A stretch of DNA of 32,000 nucleotides. It comes from Nostoc punctiforme PCC 73102. Lineage in GTDB: Bacteria; Cyanobacteriota; Cyanobacteriia; Cyanobacteriales; Nostocaceae. A model generated the notes under the pieces. That model was not told where the DNA came from and made no database searches. It saw only the letters and a program-made list of their open reading frames with translations. This document shows positions 23,755 through 31,437 of this stretch, in pieces (the first letter of the stretch is position 1; every line of letters starts with the position of its first letter). The stretch lies in the NCBI RefSeq assembly GCF_000020025.1, contig NC_010628.1, forward strand, positions 3,570,001 through 3,602,000, written 5' to 3'. Both the position numbers and the translations under genes were made by a program.

Positions 23755-26700
23755 ATGACCAACCGAGAGGAATTAATGAAGAACGAGTCAACGTCAGCAA
23801 GCAACGCCGACGTAAATTTCCTTATCGGCGGGGGTGAAATGGGTGCTAGGATGCGAGAATGGGACTGGTCAAAAAGCTCCCTTGGCCCAACACAGCAGTG
23901 GCCACAGAGTTTAAAGACTGCCGTGCGAATTATGTTGACTTGCCGCCAACCTATGTTTGTTTGGTGGGGCGAAGAACTCATAAACCTTTATAATGACCCT
24001 TATAAGGCTATTATTGGCGGCAAACATCCAGAAGCACTTGGGCAGCCAGCTTCCTGCGTGTGGCGGGAAATATGGGATCAGATTGGCCCTCGAGCAGAAT
24101 CAGCGATGTTGAAGAACGAGGGTACTTATGACGAAGCGCTGCTACTAATTATGGAGCGCAACGGCTACCCAGAAGAAACCTATTATACTTTTTCATATAG
24201 CCCAGTTCCTAATGACCAAGGCGACACAGGTGGAATCATTTGTGCCAATACAGATGACACTCAGCGCATCATTGGTGAACGTCAGTTAGCACTTTTGCGC
24301 GAACTAGCGGCTAGGACAGCAGACGCGCGGACATTCGATCAAGCCTGTACACTAAGTGCAAATTGTCTGGAAAGCAACCCTTACGATTTGCCTTTCGCAA
24401 TGATTTATCTGGTCGATCCAGATGAGCAACAAGTTTTTCTAACTGGAACGTGCCGTATCGGGCAGAATCATGTAGCAGCACCTGAAACAGTCGATCTCGA
24501 TTCTGATTGCGTTTGGCCATTTGCAGAAGTGATCGAAACGCATCAGGCAAAACTGATTTCTGATTTGGAAGTATCTTTTAGTAGCTTACCTTGTGGTATT
24601 TGGGAGCGATCGCCCCATCAAGCGATCGCAGTGCCAATTGCACCATCCGGTCAGACCGGAAAAGCTGGTATATTAATTGCTGGGTTGAATCCCTTCAGGC
24701 TATTCGACGATAACTATAAAAGATTCATTGATTTAGTTGCGGCTCAAATTGCAGCCAGCATTGCCAACGCCCAAGCTTACGAGGAAGAACGCAAACGCGC
24801 CGAAGCTTTGGCAGAACTCGATCGCGCTAAAACTGTATTTTTCAGCAACGTCAGCCACGAGTTTCGTACCCCTCTAACCCTGATGTTGGGGCCATTAGAG
24901 GAAACCTTAGCTAATTGTGCCACCCTGCTGCCAGCCCACGAACGAGAGCAGTTAGAAATGGTGCAACGGAATGGACTCCGCCTCCTAAAACTGGTCAACA
25001 GTCTGCTAGATTTCTCGCGCATCGAAGCCGGAAGGGTTCAAGCTTCTTATGAACCCACCAATTTGGCCACTTTCACCGCAGAACTAGCTAGTGTATTTCG
25101 TTCAGCAGTAGAACGTGCAGGGATGGAATTATCAGTCAATTGTCCTTCCCTTCCAGCACCAGTGTATGTAGATCGGGAAATGTGGGAAAAGATTGTTCTT
25201 AACCTGCTCTCGAATGCCTTCAAGTTCACGATGACTGGAAAAATCGCGGTAAGCTTGCAGTGGGCAAACGACCATATTGAGTTTGCAGTCAAAGACACAG
25301 GAATCGGTATCCCAGCAGAAGAAATTCCCCATCTTTTTAAACGATTCCACCGCGTCAAAGGGGCGCAAGGACGAACTTTTGAAGGGTCAGGAATTGGATT
25401 ATCACTGGTGCAAGAATTGGTGCAAATGCATGGCGGAACAGTCAAAGTAACGAGTGTTCTAGGAGCAGGTAGTTGCTTTACTATATCAATTCCAACGGGA
25501 TATGCTCATTTGCCTCCAGCCCGGATTAGCGCCCCTCGAACCTTAGCTTCAACTGCATTAGGTGCAACCCCCTATTTAGAAGAAGCTCTGCGTTGGCTAC
25601 CCGAAGAGGAAAGGGAGACAAGGGGAGGGGGAGACAAGGGGAGTGTTGCAAAGGAATTCTCCTTGTCTCCTTATACCCTTATCCCCCTGTCCTCTTCCTC
25701 TGCCCGAATTCTTCTGGCTGACGATAATTCAGATATGCGTGATTATGTCAAGCGGCTGTTAAGTCAGCAGTATGAGGTGGAATCAGTGGCGGATGGTTTA
25801 GCGGCTTTGGATTCTGCCCGTGGGCGTGTCCCAGACTTGGTACTGACGGACGTAATGATGCCTGGATTAGATGGCTTTGGACTGCTGCAAGAATTACGGG
25901 CCAATCCGCAAACGAAAAAAGTTCCCATCATTCTGCTGTCGGCGCGGGCAGGGGAAGAGGCACGGGTGGAAGGTTTAGAAGCGGGAGCCGATGATTACTT
26001 AATTAAACCGTTCTCGGCTCGGGAATTGTTAGCACGGGTGGAGGCAGCCCTAAAAATGGCTCATCTCCGCGAGGAGGCAATGCAACGAGAGCAAGGGCTA
26101 CGCATTGAAGCTGAGGTCGCAAAAGCACACTTAGAAACTGTCCTCGCTGGCATCCAAGACCAATTTTTTGTGTTGGATCGGGAGTGGCATTATACTTTTG
26201 TCAACGATCGCGTAGCAGAAGTTGTGGGCATCCAAAAGGAAGAGTTGCTAGATCGGATCATTTGGGAACTGTTTCCAGACGTGGCCAAAAGCGAGTTTTA
26301 TACCCAGGTTCATCGGGCGATGGCAGAACAGACAGTTGTTCAGTTTGAATACTTTTATCCTGCTTGGCAACGCTGGTTTGAGAATCGCGTCTACCCCTTT
26401 GGTGAAGGAGTAAGCATCTTTGTTACAGAGATCAGCGATCGCAAACAGGCAGAGAAAGCACTTCGTGAAAGCGAAGAACAGTTCCGCAACATGGCTGACA
26501 ATGCCCCCTTCATGGTTTGGGTAACAGATACCAATAACTACTGCACCTATCTGAGCAGAAGCTGGTATGACTTTACCGGTCACAACGAAGAGACGAGTCT
26601 GGGATTTGGCTGGTTGAACGCCGTACATCCAGAAGATTGCGATGAGGTTAGGAATATTTTCCTGGAAGCTAGCAAGCGTTGTGAGGCTTTCCGTATGGAG

Positions 26701-28026
26701 TACCGCTTGCACCGCAAAGATGGCGAGTATCGCTGGACGATCAATGCTGCTAATCCTTGGTTTGGTGTGGACGGTCAATTTAAAGGTTACATTGGCTCAG
26801 TGATTGACATTACAGAACGCAAGACAGCAGAAGCCGAACGCGATCGCCTCCTGGAACTTGAACAAGTTGCTAGAACTGAAGCCGAAACAGCCAACCGGAT
26901 TAAAGATGAGTTTTTAGCGGTACTTTCCCATGAATTGCGATCGCCTCTCAATCCCATTCTTGGTTGGGCAAGACTCTTACAAACCCGTGAATTTCAGCCA
27001 GCAGAGATCAAGAAAGCTATTGCAACCATCGAGCGGAATGCTAAATTACAAGCTCAACTAATTGAAGATTTGCTTGATGTCTCTCGGATATTACAAGGCA
27101 AGCTCAATCTGAAGATGTTTCCCGTCAACCTAGTGCTGGTGATTGAGGCGGGATTGGAGACAGTACGTTTGGCAGCAGAGGCTAAAGATATTCAAATTCA
27201 GACAATGCTAGATGCTTCTTTGGGGCAGGTTTTAGGTGATTCCGATCGCTTACAACAAGTAATCTGGAATCTGTTATCGAATGCCGTCAAATTCACTCCT
27301 GAAGAAGGAAAAATTAATATTCAACTGGAACGCATTGATTCTCAAGCTCAGATTACCGTCAGCGACACAGGTAAAGGAATTAGCCCTGAATTTCTCCCTC
27401 ATGTATTTGAATATTTTCGTCAGGCTGATGGCACAACAACCCGAAGGTTTGGTGGTTTGGGGTTAGGGTTAGCAATTGTCCGTCATTTGATAGAATTACA
27501 TGGTGGTACGATTTGGGCAGAAAGTTTAGGGGAAGGGCAAGGAGCTATTTTTAGAGTTAGGCTACCCCTGATCAAAAAAGAGTTAACCCCAAAACAACAG
27601 ATAAATATTGACCCTATAAATGCTTCTTCTACAACTGAAATTCTTACAGGCATTCAAATCTTAGTTGTAGACGATGACGATGATACCCGTGAGTTTCATA
27701 CATTTGTGCTAGAACAGGCTGGGGCAAAGGTAATGGCTGTGGCATCCGCAAAAGAAGCACTGCAAGCATTGGCAGAGTCAGAACCAGATATTTTGCTCAG
27801 TGATATTGGAATGCCAGAGACAGATGGCTATATGCTAATGCGCCAAATTAGAGCATTGCAGCTAAAGCAAGCTAAACAGATTCCTGCGATCGCTTTAACT
27901 GCTTATGCTGGAGAAATCAACCAGCAACAAGCAATCGCATCAGGATTTCAAAGGCATCTGTCTAAACCCGTTGAACCAGATGAGTTAGTCAAGGCAATTG
28001 CAACTCTGATTGGTAGGAATGGCTGA
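23755..28026 (+). CDS. Tandem double hybrid histidine kinase: PAS-like/GAF sensor, HK1, REC1, PAS-PAS, HK2, REC2
   Basis: 1423 aa. H-box 1 is SHEFRTPL (His368, 24856..24858), with N/G boxes LLSNAFKFT, DTGIGIP, GSGIGLS. REC1 Asp699 is at 25849..25851 (LVLTDVMMPGLDG...KPF). H-box 2 is SHELRSPL (His1059, 26929..26931), with LLSNAVKFT, DTGKGIS, GLGLGLA. REC2 Asp1350 is at 27802..27804 (ILLSDIGMPETDG...KPV). Confidence 0.9.
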   Translation: MTNREELMKNESTSASNADVNFLIGGGEMGARMREWDWSKSSLGPTQQWPQSLKTAVRIMLTCRQPMFVWWGEELINLYNDPYKAIIGGKHPEALGQPASCVWREIWDQIGPRAESAMLKNEGTYDEALLLIMERNGYPEETYYTFSYSPVPNDQGDTGGIICANTDDTQRIIGERQLALLRELAARTADARTFDQACTLSANCLESNPYDLPFAMIYLVDPDEQQVFLTGTCRIGQNHVAAPETVDLDSDCVWPFAEVIETHQAKLISDLEVSFSSLPCGIWERSPHQAIAVPIAPSGQTGKAGILIAGLNPFRLFDDNYKRFIDLVAAQIAASIANAQAYEEERKRAEALAELDRAKTVFFSNVSHEFRTPLTLMLGPLEETLANCATLLPAHEREQLEMVQRNGLRLLKLVNSLLDFSRIEAGRVQASYEPTNLATFTAELASVFRSAVERAGMELSVNCPSLPAPVYVDREMWEKIVLNLLSNAFKFTMTGKIAVSLQWANDHIEFAVKDTGIGIPAEEIPHLFKRFHRVKGAQGRTFEGSGIGLSLVQELVQMHGGTVKVTSVLGAGSCFTISIPTGYAHLPPARISAPRTLASTALGATPYLEEALRWLPEEERETRGGGDKGSVAKEFSLSPYTLIPLSSSSARILLADDNSDMRDYVKRLLSQQYEVESVADGLAALDSARGRVPDLVLTDVMMPGLDGFGLLQELRANPQTKKVPIILLSARAGEEARVEGLEAGADDYLIKPFSARELLARVEAALKMAHLREEAMQREQGLRIEAEVAKAHLETVLAGIQDQFFVLDREWHYTFVNDRVAEVVGIQKEELLDRIIWELFPDVAKSEFYTQVHRAMAEQTVVQFEYFYPAWQRWFENRVYPFGEGVSIFVTEISDRKQAEKALRESEEQFRNMADNAPFMVWVTDTNNYCTYLSRSWYDFTGHNEETSLGFGWLNAVHPEDCDEVRNIFLEASKRCEAFRMEYRLHRKDGEYRWTINAANPWFGVDGQFKGYIGSVIDITERKTAEAERDRLLELEQVARTEAETANRIKDEFLAVLSHELRSPLNPILGWARLLQTREFQPAEIKKAIATIERNAKLQAQLIEDLLDVSRILQGKLNLKMFPVNLVLVIEAGLETVRLAAEAKDIQIQTMLDASLGQVLGDSDRLQQVIWNLLSNAVKFTPEEGKINIQLERIDSQAQITVSDTGKGISPEFLPHVFEYFRQADGTTTRRFGGLGLGLAIVRHLIELHGGTIWAESLGEGQGAIFRVRLPLIKKELTPKQQINIDPINASSTTEILTGIQILVVDDDDDTREFHTFVLEQAGAKVMAVASAKEALQALAESEPDILLSDIGMPETDGYMLMRQIRALQLKQAKQIPAIALTAYAGEINQQQAIASGFQRHLSKPVEPDELVKAIATLIGRNG
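25613..25694. repeat. Hairpin-forming GGGAGACAAGGGGAG / CTCCTTGTCTCC repeat unit in frame in the HK1-REC1 linker
   Basis: Sequence reads gggagacaaggggagggggagacaaggggag tgttgcaaaggaatt ctccttgtctccttatacccttatccccctgtcctc. It encodes RETRGGGDKGSVAKEFSLSPYTLIPLSS. Confidence 0.7.
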
Positions 28027-28071
28027 GTTCCTAAAAACCAACGGGAAGGGGGCAGGAGGCAGGGGGAAAGA

Positions 28072-28158
28072 CAATACAGTTCAGATAAGACCAAAAGCGA
28101 TTTATCGCGTCTCAAAAACCCAAAATTTTTGCCAGTAGCCCTTAACTGAACCATATTG
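28072..28158 (+). mobile_element. MITE-like element, 87 bp, terminal inverted repeats CAATACAGTTCAG / CTGAACCATATTG, flanked by 10-bp direct duplication GGGGGAAAGA
   Basis: The TIRs are read directly. The duplication occupies 28062..28071 and 28159..28168. No coding capacity. Confidence 0.8.
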
Positions 28159-28320
28159 GGGGGAAAGAGGGTTTTCCAGTTATTGCATAGATGCGGTAAT
28201 CATAACTAATTAACCAGATATGATGATATCAGCGATCGCTAAGATTGATAATCAGCAAAAAGGCAGGGAGTAGAAAGTAGGGATAATCAAACCCATACTC
28301 CAATACGGTTCAGTTAACGC

Positions 28321-28632
28321 TTAACGCTTTGTCAAAGTAAATTTTTTAGCAACCGCTAAGGACGCAAAGTACGCAAAGGAAGAGAAGAGACTTGTCGCTA
28401 AATAAGATTTGCTTTCGCCATTTCTTTCAACACAACCAATTTCAACCCACTTTTGGGGTTTATCATTATACTTAATGGCGTTGCTGATTAGGTTGCTAAA
28501 GAGTTCATTAATCTGAGCGCGATCGCATTGAACGCTTTTTAGGGGTTGAGGAATGTGAAACTCGACTTCGCTTTGTGGTTGGGCAATGGTCAAAGTGCCG
28601 ATTACCTGCTGCACTAACTCATTCAGATTCAC
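28321..28632 (-). pseudogene. Histidine kinase relic (only the region around the N-box survives)
   Basis: The translation NLNELVQQVIGTL...VQCDRAQINELFSNLISNAIKYNDKPQKWVEIGC matches the segment between the DHp domain and the N-box of HATPase_c. There is no H-box, G1 or G2. The 3' third of the ORF reads through dispersed-repeat sequence (acgcaaagtacgcaaaggaagag). Confidence 0.7.
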
Positions 28633-28663
28633 TGGTTGCCTATTTAGCTTTTTAATTATATTT

Positions 28664-28764
28664 CAATACGGTTCAGTTAAGGGCTACTGGCAAAAATTTT
28701 GGGTTTTCGAGACGCGATAAATCGCCGTCTCTACAAGTGTTTTGGTCTTATCTGAACTGTATTG
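28664..28764 (-). mobile_element. Second copy of the same MITE-like element, 101 bp, inverted orientation, flanked by 10-bp direct duplication AATTATATTT
   Basis: TIRs are CAATACGGTTCAG / CTGAACTGTATTG. The duplication occupies 28654..28663 and 28765..28774. It matches the reverse complement of the 28072 copy apart from a few substitutions and a 14-nt indel that completes the GAGACG..CGTCTC palindrome. Confidence 0.8.
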
Positions 28765-28811
28765 AATTATATTTAACTGACAAATTTAACTCACACTCTA
28801 GGCTCAAATTT

Positions 28812-29039
28812 CTACTCTTCGCTTAATGTTTCAATCAACAAATCCACCTGCTGCTGTCGCTGCTGCAAAAAACTTTCACACTGACGCAAATACTCAACAG
28901 CACTGGCAAATTGCTCAAACACCGCTTCCAATTCCAACTCACCCGCCTCAATGCGAGTAATAATTCCCTCTATTTCAGCAACCTTCGCCTCATAATTCCA
29001 ACCTTCCTCAGAACTAGAAGCACCTTTACGTTTAACCAT
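28812..29039 (-). CDS. xseB: Exodeoxyribonuclease VII small subunit
   Basis: 75 aa. The segment [43 protein letters not shown] matches the XseB helical hairpin family. It lies directly downstream of xseA. Confidence 0.88.
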   Translation of the reverse strand: MVKRKGASSSEEGWNYEAKVAEIEGIITRIEAGELELEAVFEQFASAVEYLRQCESFLQQRQQQVDLLIETLSEE

Positions 29040-29087
29040 TAATCTCTCTGTGTCCTCTGCGCCTCTGTGGTAGCCTGCGGCAAGCCG

Positions 29088-30368
29088 CTATGCGTCTACG
29101 TTTACTTCTATAACCTTCACTTTAACCCTACCCTGCCCCAACTGAATCAACAAATCTTCTCCCACAGCCAACTCCGCCGCCGAACGAGCGATCGCCCCAT
29201 CTTCTCTTCTCACCACCGCATAACCACGCTGCAACACTGCTTTCGGGTCAAGAGTTGCTAATTTTTGCCGTAATAATTCTAAATGCTGCGCTGCTTGCTG
29301 CGATCGCCCCATCGTAATTTGCACCAAATGCTGACGCTTCCAAGCTAGCTTTTCCACCTCCTGCTGTACTTGCCGATCTAACCGCAAACGTCGCAAACGA
29401 TTCCGCAATACTTGCAGTTTATTTTCAGCATTTTCCCCAGAGTCATGCACCGCCTCATGTAAAGCCACAACTCGCTGCCGATGTTCAGTATACAACTCTG
29501 AAAGTGATGGCACAACCATTTCCGCTGCCGCAGTGGGTGTATGCACACATACATCTGCAACTAAATCTGCTAAAGATTCATCTCGTTGATGGCCAATCCC
29601 AGTAATTACCGGAATAGAACAACTAGCAAGCGATCGCACCACTCGTTCATCATTAAAGCAAGCTAACTCTTCCACCGCGCCACCACCCCGCGATAAAATT
29701 AGCACTTCGGCGCGTCCATCTCTTTCCACTCGCTCAATTGCTTTGACGATAGATTCTGGTGCTTGCTCACCTTGTACTGTCGCGGGAGAGAATAAAACGT
29801 GTAAACCTGGATACCTTTGCTTGAGAGTCTTTTGAATATCACCCCAAGCAGCAGCCGTTGGTGAAGTGACAACAGCGATCGTTTGGGGGTGGATGGGGAG
29901 CGATCGCTTTCTTTGCGCGTCGAACAACCCCTCAGCCAGCAAGCGATTTTTTAGTTGTTGATAGCGCAACGCCTGTAACCCAACACCAGCAGGTAAAGTC
30001 TGCCAAACTGATAACTGATACTCTCCCCGTTGTGGATATAGGCGAATACTACCCAAAATAATTATTTGCTCACCGGCAACTGGCATTTGGGCGAGTTTTG
30101 GCAATTGGCTATTCCATACCACACATTTAATTCCGGCAGTGCGATCGGTATCTTGCAGCGTGAAAAATAAACCACTGCGATGGTGGTTAGCACTGGAGAC
30201 TTCGCCAGTTACCCAAACTTGCCGCAATTGTTCATCTTGCTCTAACAGCAAACGGATATAGTCAGTTAATCCAGATACTGAAAGCGCTGTATCGAGAATC
30301 AAAGAGTCGGGAAGGTCGAAAGTCATCAAAGATGCCTGAAAGCATTTGTGCTGGAGAGATTTTAGCAT
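29088..30368 (-). CDS. xseA: Exodeoxyribonuclease VII large subunit (alternative start at 30326, MTFDLPD...)
   Basis: 426 aa. N-terminal OB-fold region LSVSGLTDYIRLLLEQDEQLRQVWVTGEVSSANHHRSGLFFTLQD. Catalytic core VVTSPTAAAWGDI...LILSRGGGAVEELACFNDE...PVITGIGHQRDESLADLVAD. Confidence 0.9.
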   Translation of the reverse strand: MLKSLQHKCFQASLMTFDLPDSLILDTALSVSGLTDYIRLLLEQDEQLRQVWVTGEVSSANHHRSGLFFTLQDTDRTAGIKCVVWNSQLPKLAQMPVAGEQIIILGSIRLYPQRGEYQLSVWQTLPAGVGLQALRYQQLKNRLLAEGLFDAQRKRSLPIHPQTIAVVTSPTAAAWGDIQKTLKQRYPGLHVLFSPATVQGEQAPESIVKAIERVERDGRAEVLILSRGGGAVEELACFNDERVVRSLASCSIPVITGIGHQRDESLADLVADVCVHTPTAAAEMVVPSLSELYTEHRQRVVALHEAVHDSGENAENKLQVLRNRLRRLRLDRQVQQEVEKLAWKRQHLVQITMGRSQQAAQHLELLRQKLATLDPKAVLQRGYAVVRREDGAIARSAAELAVGEDLLIQLGQGRVKVKVIEVNVDA

Positions 30369-30387
30369 TTTTAATGAAACCCGAAGT

Positions 30388-30666
30388 TTAACCGAGTAAA
30401 CGCTTCAATCTTTTGTAGACATCATCATTGCGCTTACCGACTAAAATCACTTCTATTAAATCGCGATCGGGAAAATACCTGTAAATAATTCGATATTCAC
30501 CACTATCAACTCGATATAAACCCTGATAACCAGATAGCTGCTCACTATCAGAGGGTAAAGGCTCAACATTCAAAGCCAAAACCTTTTTTGCAATCTGTGC
30601 TGCTATTTTAGGCTGTAAACCGTTCAGAAAATCAAGAACAGTTGCTAGACCATCAAGCTTCGCCAT
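30388..30666 (-). CDS. RelE/ParE-family type II toxin
   Basis: 92 aa. The C-terminal signature is LSGYQGLYRVDSGEYRIIYRYFPDRDLIEVILVGKRNDDVY. It overlaps the upstream antitoxin gene by 14 nt. Confidence 0.85.
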   Translation of the reverse strand: MAKLDGLATVLDFLNGLQPKIAAQIAKKVLALNVEPLPSDSEQLSGYQGLYRVDSGEYRIIYRYFPDRDLIEVILVGKRNDDVYKRLKRLLG

Positions 30667-30946
30667 TAGCTAAATGCTTTAATGCAGATGTAAAAGCCTC
30701 TGTACCAATCATTTTAGACTGACTCAGAGCAACTTCAGCAGCTTGACCAAAAACCATATCCTCTAATTCTTCCAACCGATTCATTAATTTTTGGTAGCTC
30801 TCGGCTGAAATAATCACATGGCTAGGCCGTGATTGTTTAGTGAGTAGAACTGGCTCAGTAGTAGCCTTATCAAAAACCTCACCGTGTTTGTTACGAGCAT
30901 CTGTGAGAGTATAGGTCTGCATAGACATTTTGACTATTTTAGACAT
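30653..30946 (-). CDS. Phd/YefM-family antitoxin (likely true start at 30922, MQTYTL...)
   Basis: The segment QTYTLTDARNKHGEVFDKATTEPVLLTKQSRPSHVIISAESYQKLMNRLEELED matches the Phd/YefM N-terminal fold pattern. Three in-frame ATGs sit at 30946, 30928 and 30922. Confidence 0.85.
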   Translation of the reverse strand: MSKIVKMSMQTYTLTDARNKHGEVFDKATTEPVLLTKQSRPSHVIISAESYQKLMNRLEELEDMVFGQAAEVALSQSKMIGTEAFTSALKHLANGEA

Positions 30947-30960
30947 TTTGACTATATTTT
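30923..30960. repeat. Tandem direct duplication AGACATTTTGACTAT(AT)TTT x2 covering the antitoxin 5' end
   Basis: Copy 1 is 30923..30940 (18 nt). Copy 2 is 30941..30960 (20 nt). Each copy contains a CAT, which is an ATG on the minus strand. Confidence 0.8.
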
Positions 30961-31362
30961 AGCAGATAAATCTTCTCATCTCAATTCTGGCTTCACAGAA
31001 CTTGCTGCTTGTCAAAGCTGAAAGATTACCTAAAGCATTGAAAATCCCTTTACTACTACCCTAAAAGCTTTCTACATCAATCCCGACCCAATGAAGTCGC
31101 TGTAGATGATATGCTGATTGGCATAGCGATCGCTCCTAACTGAGCAACCTCCGCAAATGCTCACGAGTCCGGTTCTACTGACAGTGTTGTTTAGGTAATT
31201 TATTTTTTCAAATCCCTTGCTTACCCAGCGAAAAAAAGCTATCTCTGAATGCAAGTTGGTATCATTGTGCAAGACTACCCTAATCTGGTAGCGATCGAGT
31301 TACGATCTTGTTACACCCTTTTTTGATTTGAGAAGTCCTATTCCAGAATTTTCTGGTTAAAA

Positions 31363-31378
31363 TAGTATATCTGTTCTA
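31363..31378 (+). promoter_or_regulatory. LexA-box-like site upstream of recA
   Basis: TAGTATATCTGTTCTA lies 60 nt upstream of the recA ATG. It fits the cyanobacterial LexA consensus RGTACNNNDGTWCB with one mismatch (AGTAT for AGTAC). It directly follows a TAAAAT -10-like hexamer at 31358..31363. Confidence 0.55.
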
Positions 31379-31437
31379 CTCAAACTCCCAGAGCAACACT
31401 CCTTAAAACCATATATTAAGAGGCATTAGACGCAGGA

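Noticed and set aside
28072-28764. The two inverted MITE copies plus the enclosed 505 bp, considered as a composite transposon carrying the kinase fragment.
   Set aside because: Each copy has its own distinct perfect 10-bp target duplication, which indicates independent insertions. No shared outer duplication flanks the whole unit.
30990-31010. AGAACTTGCTGCT near the TA promoter side, checked as a second LexA box.
   Set aside because: Only one half-site matches the RGTACNNNDGTWCB consensus on either strand.
31072-31272. 66-aa minus-strand ORF in the recA / TA divergent region.
   Set aside because: No RBS and no motifs. It sits where promoters for both flanking units are expected, so it was not called.
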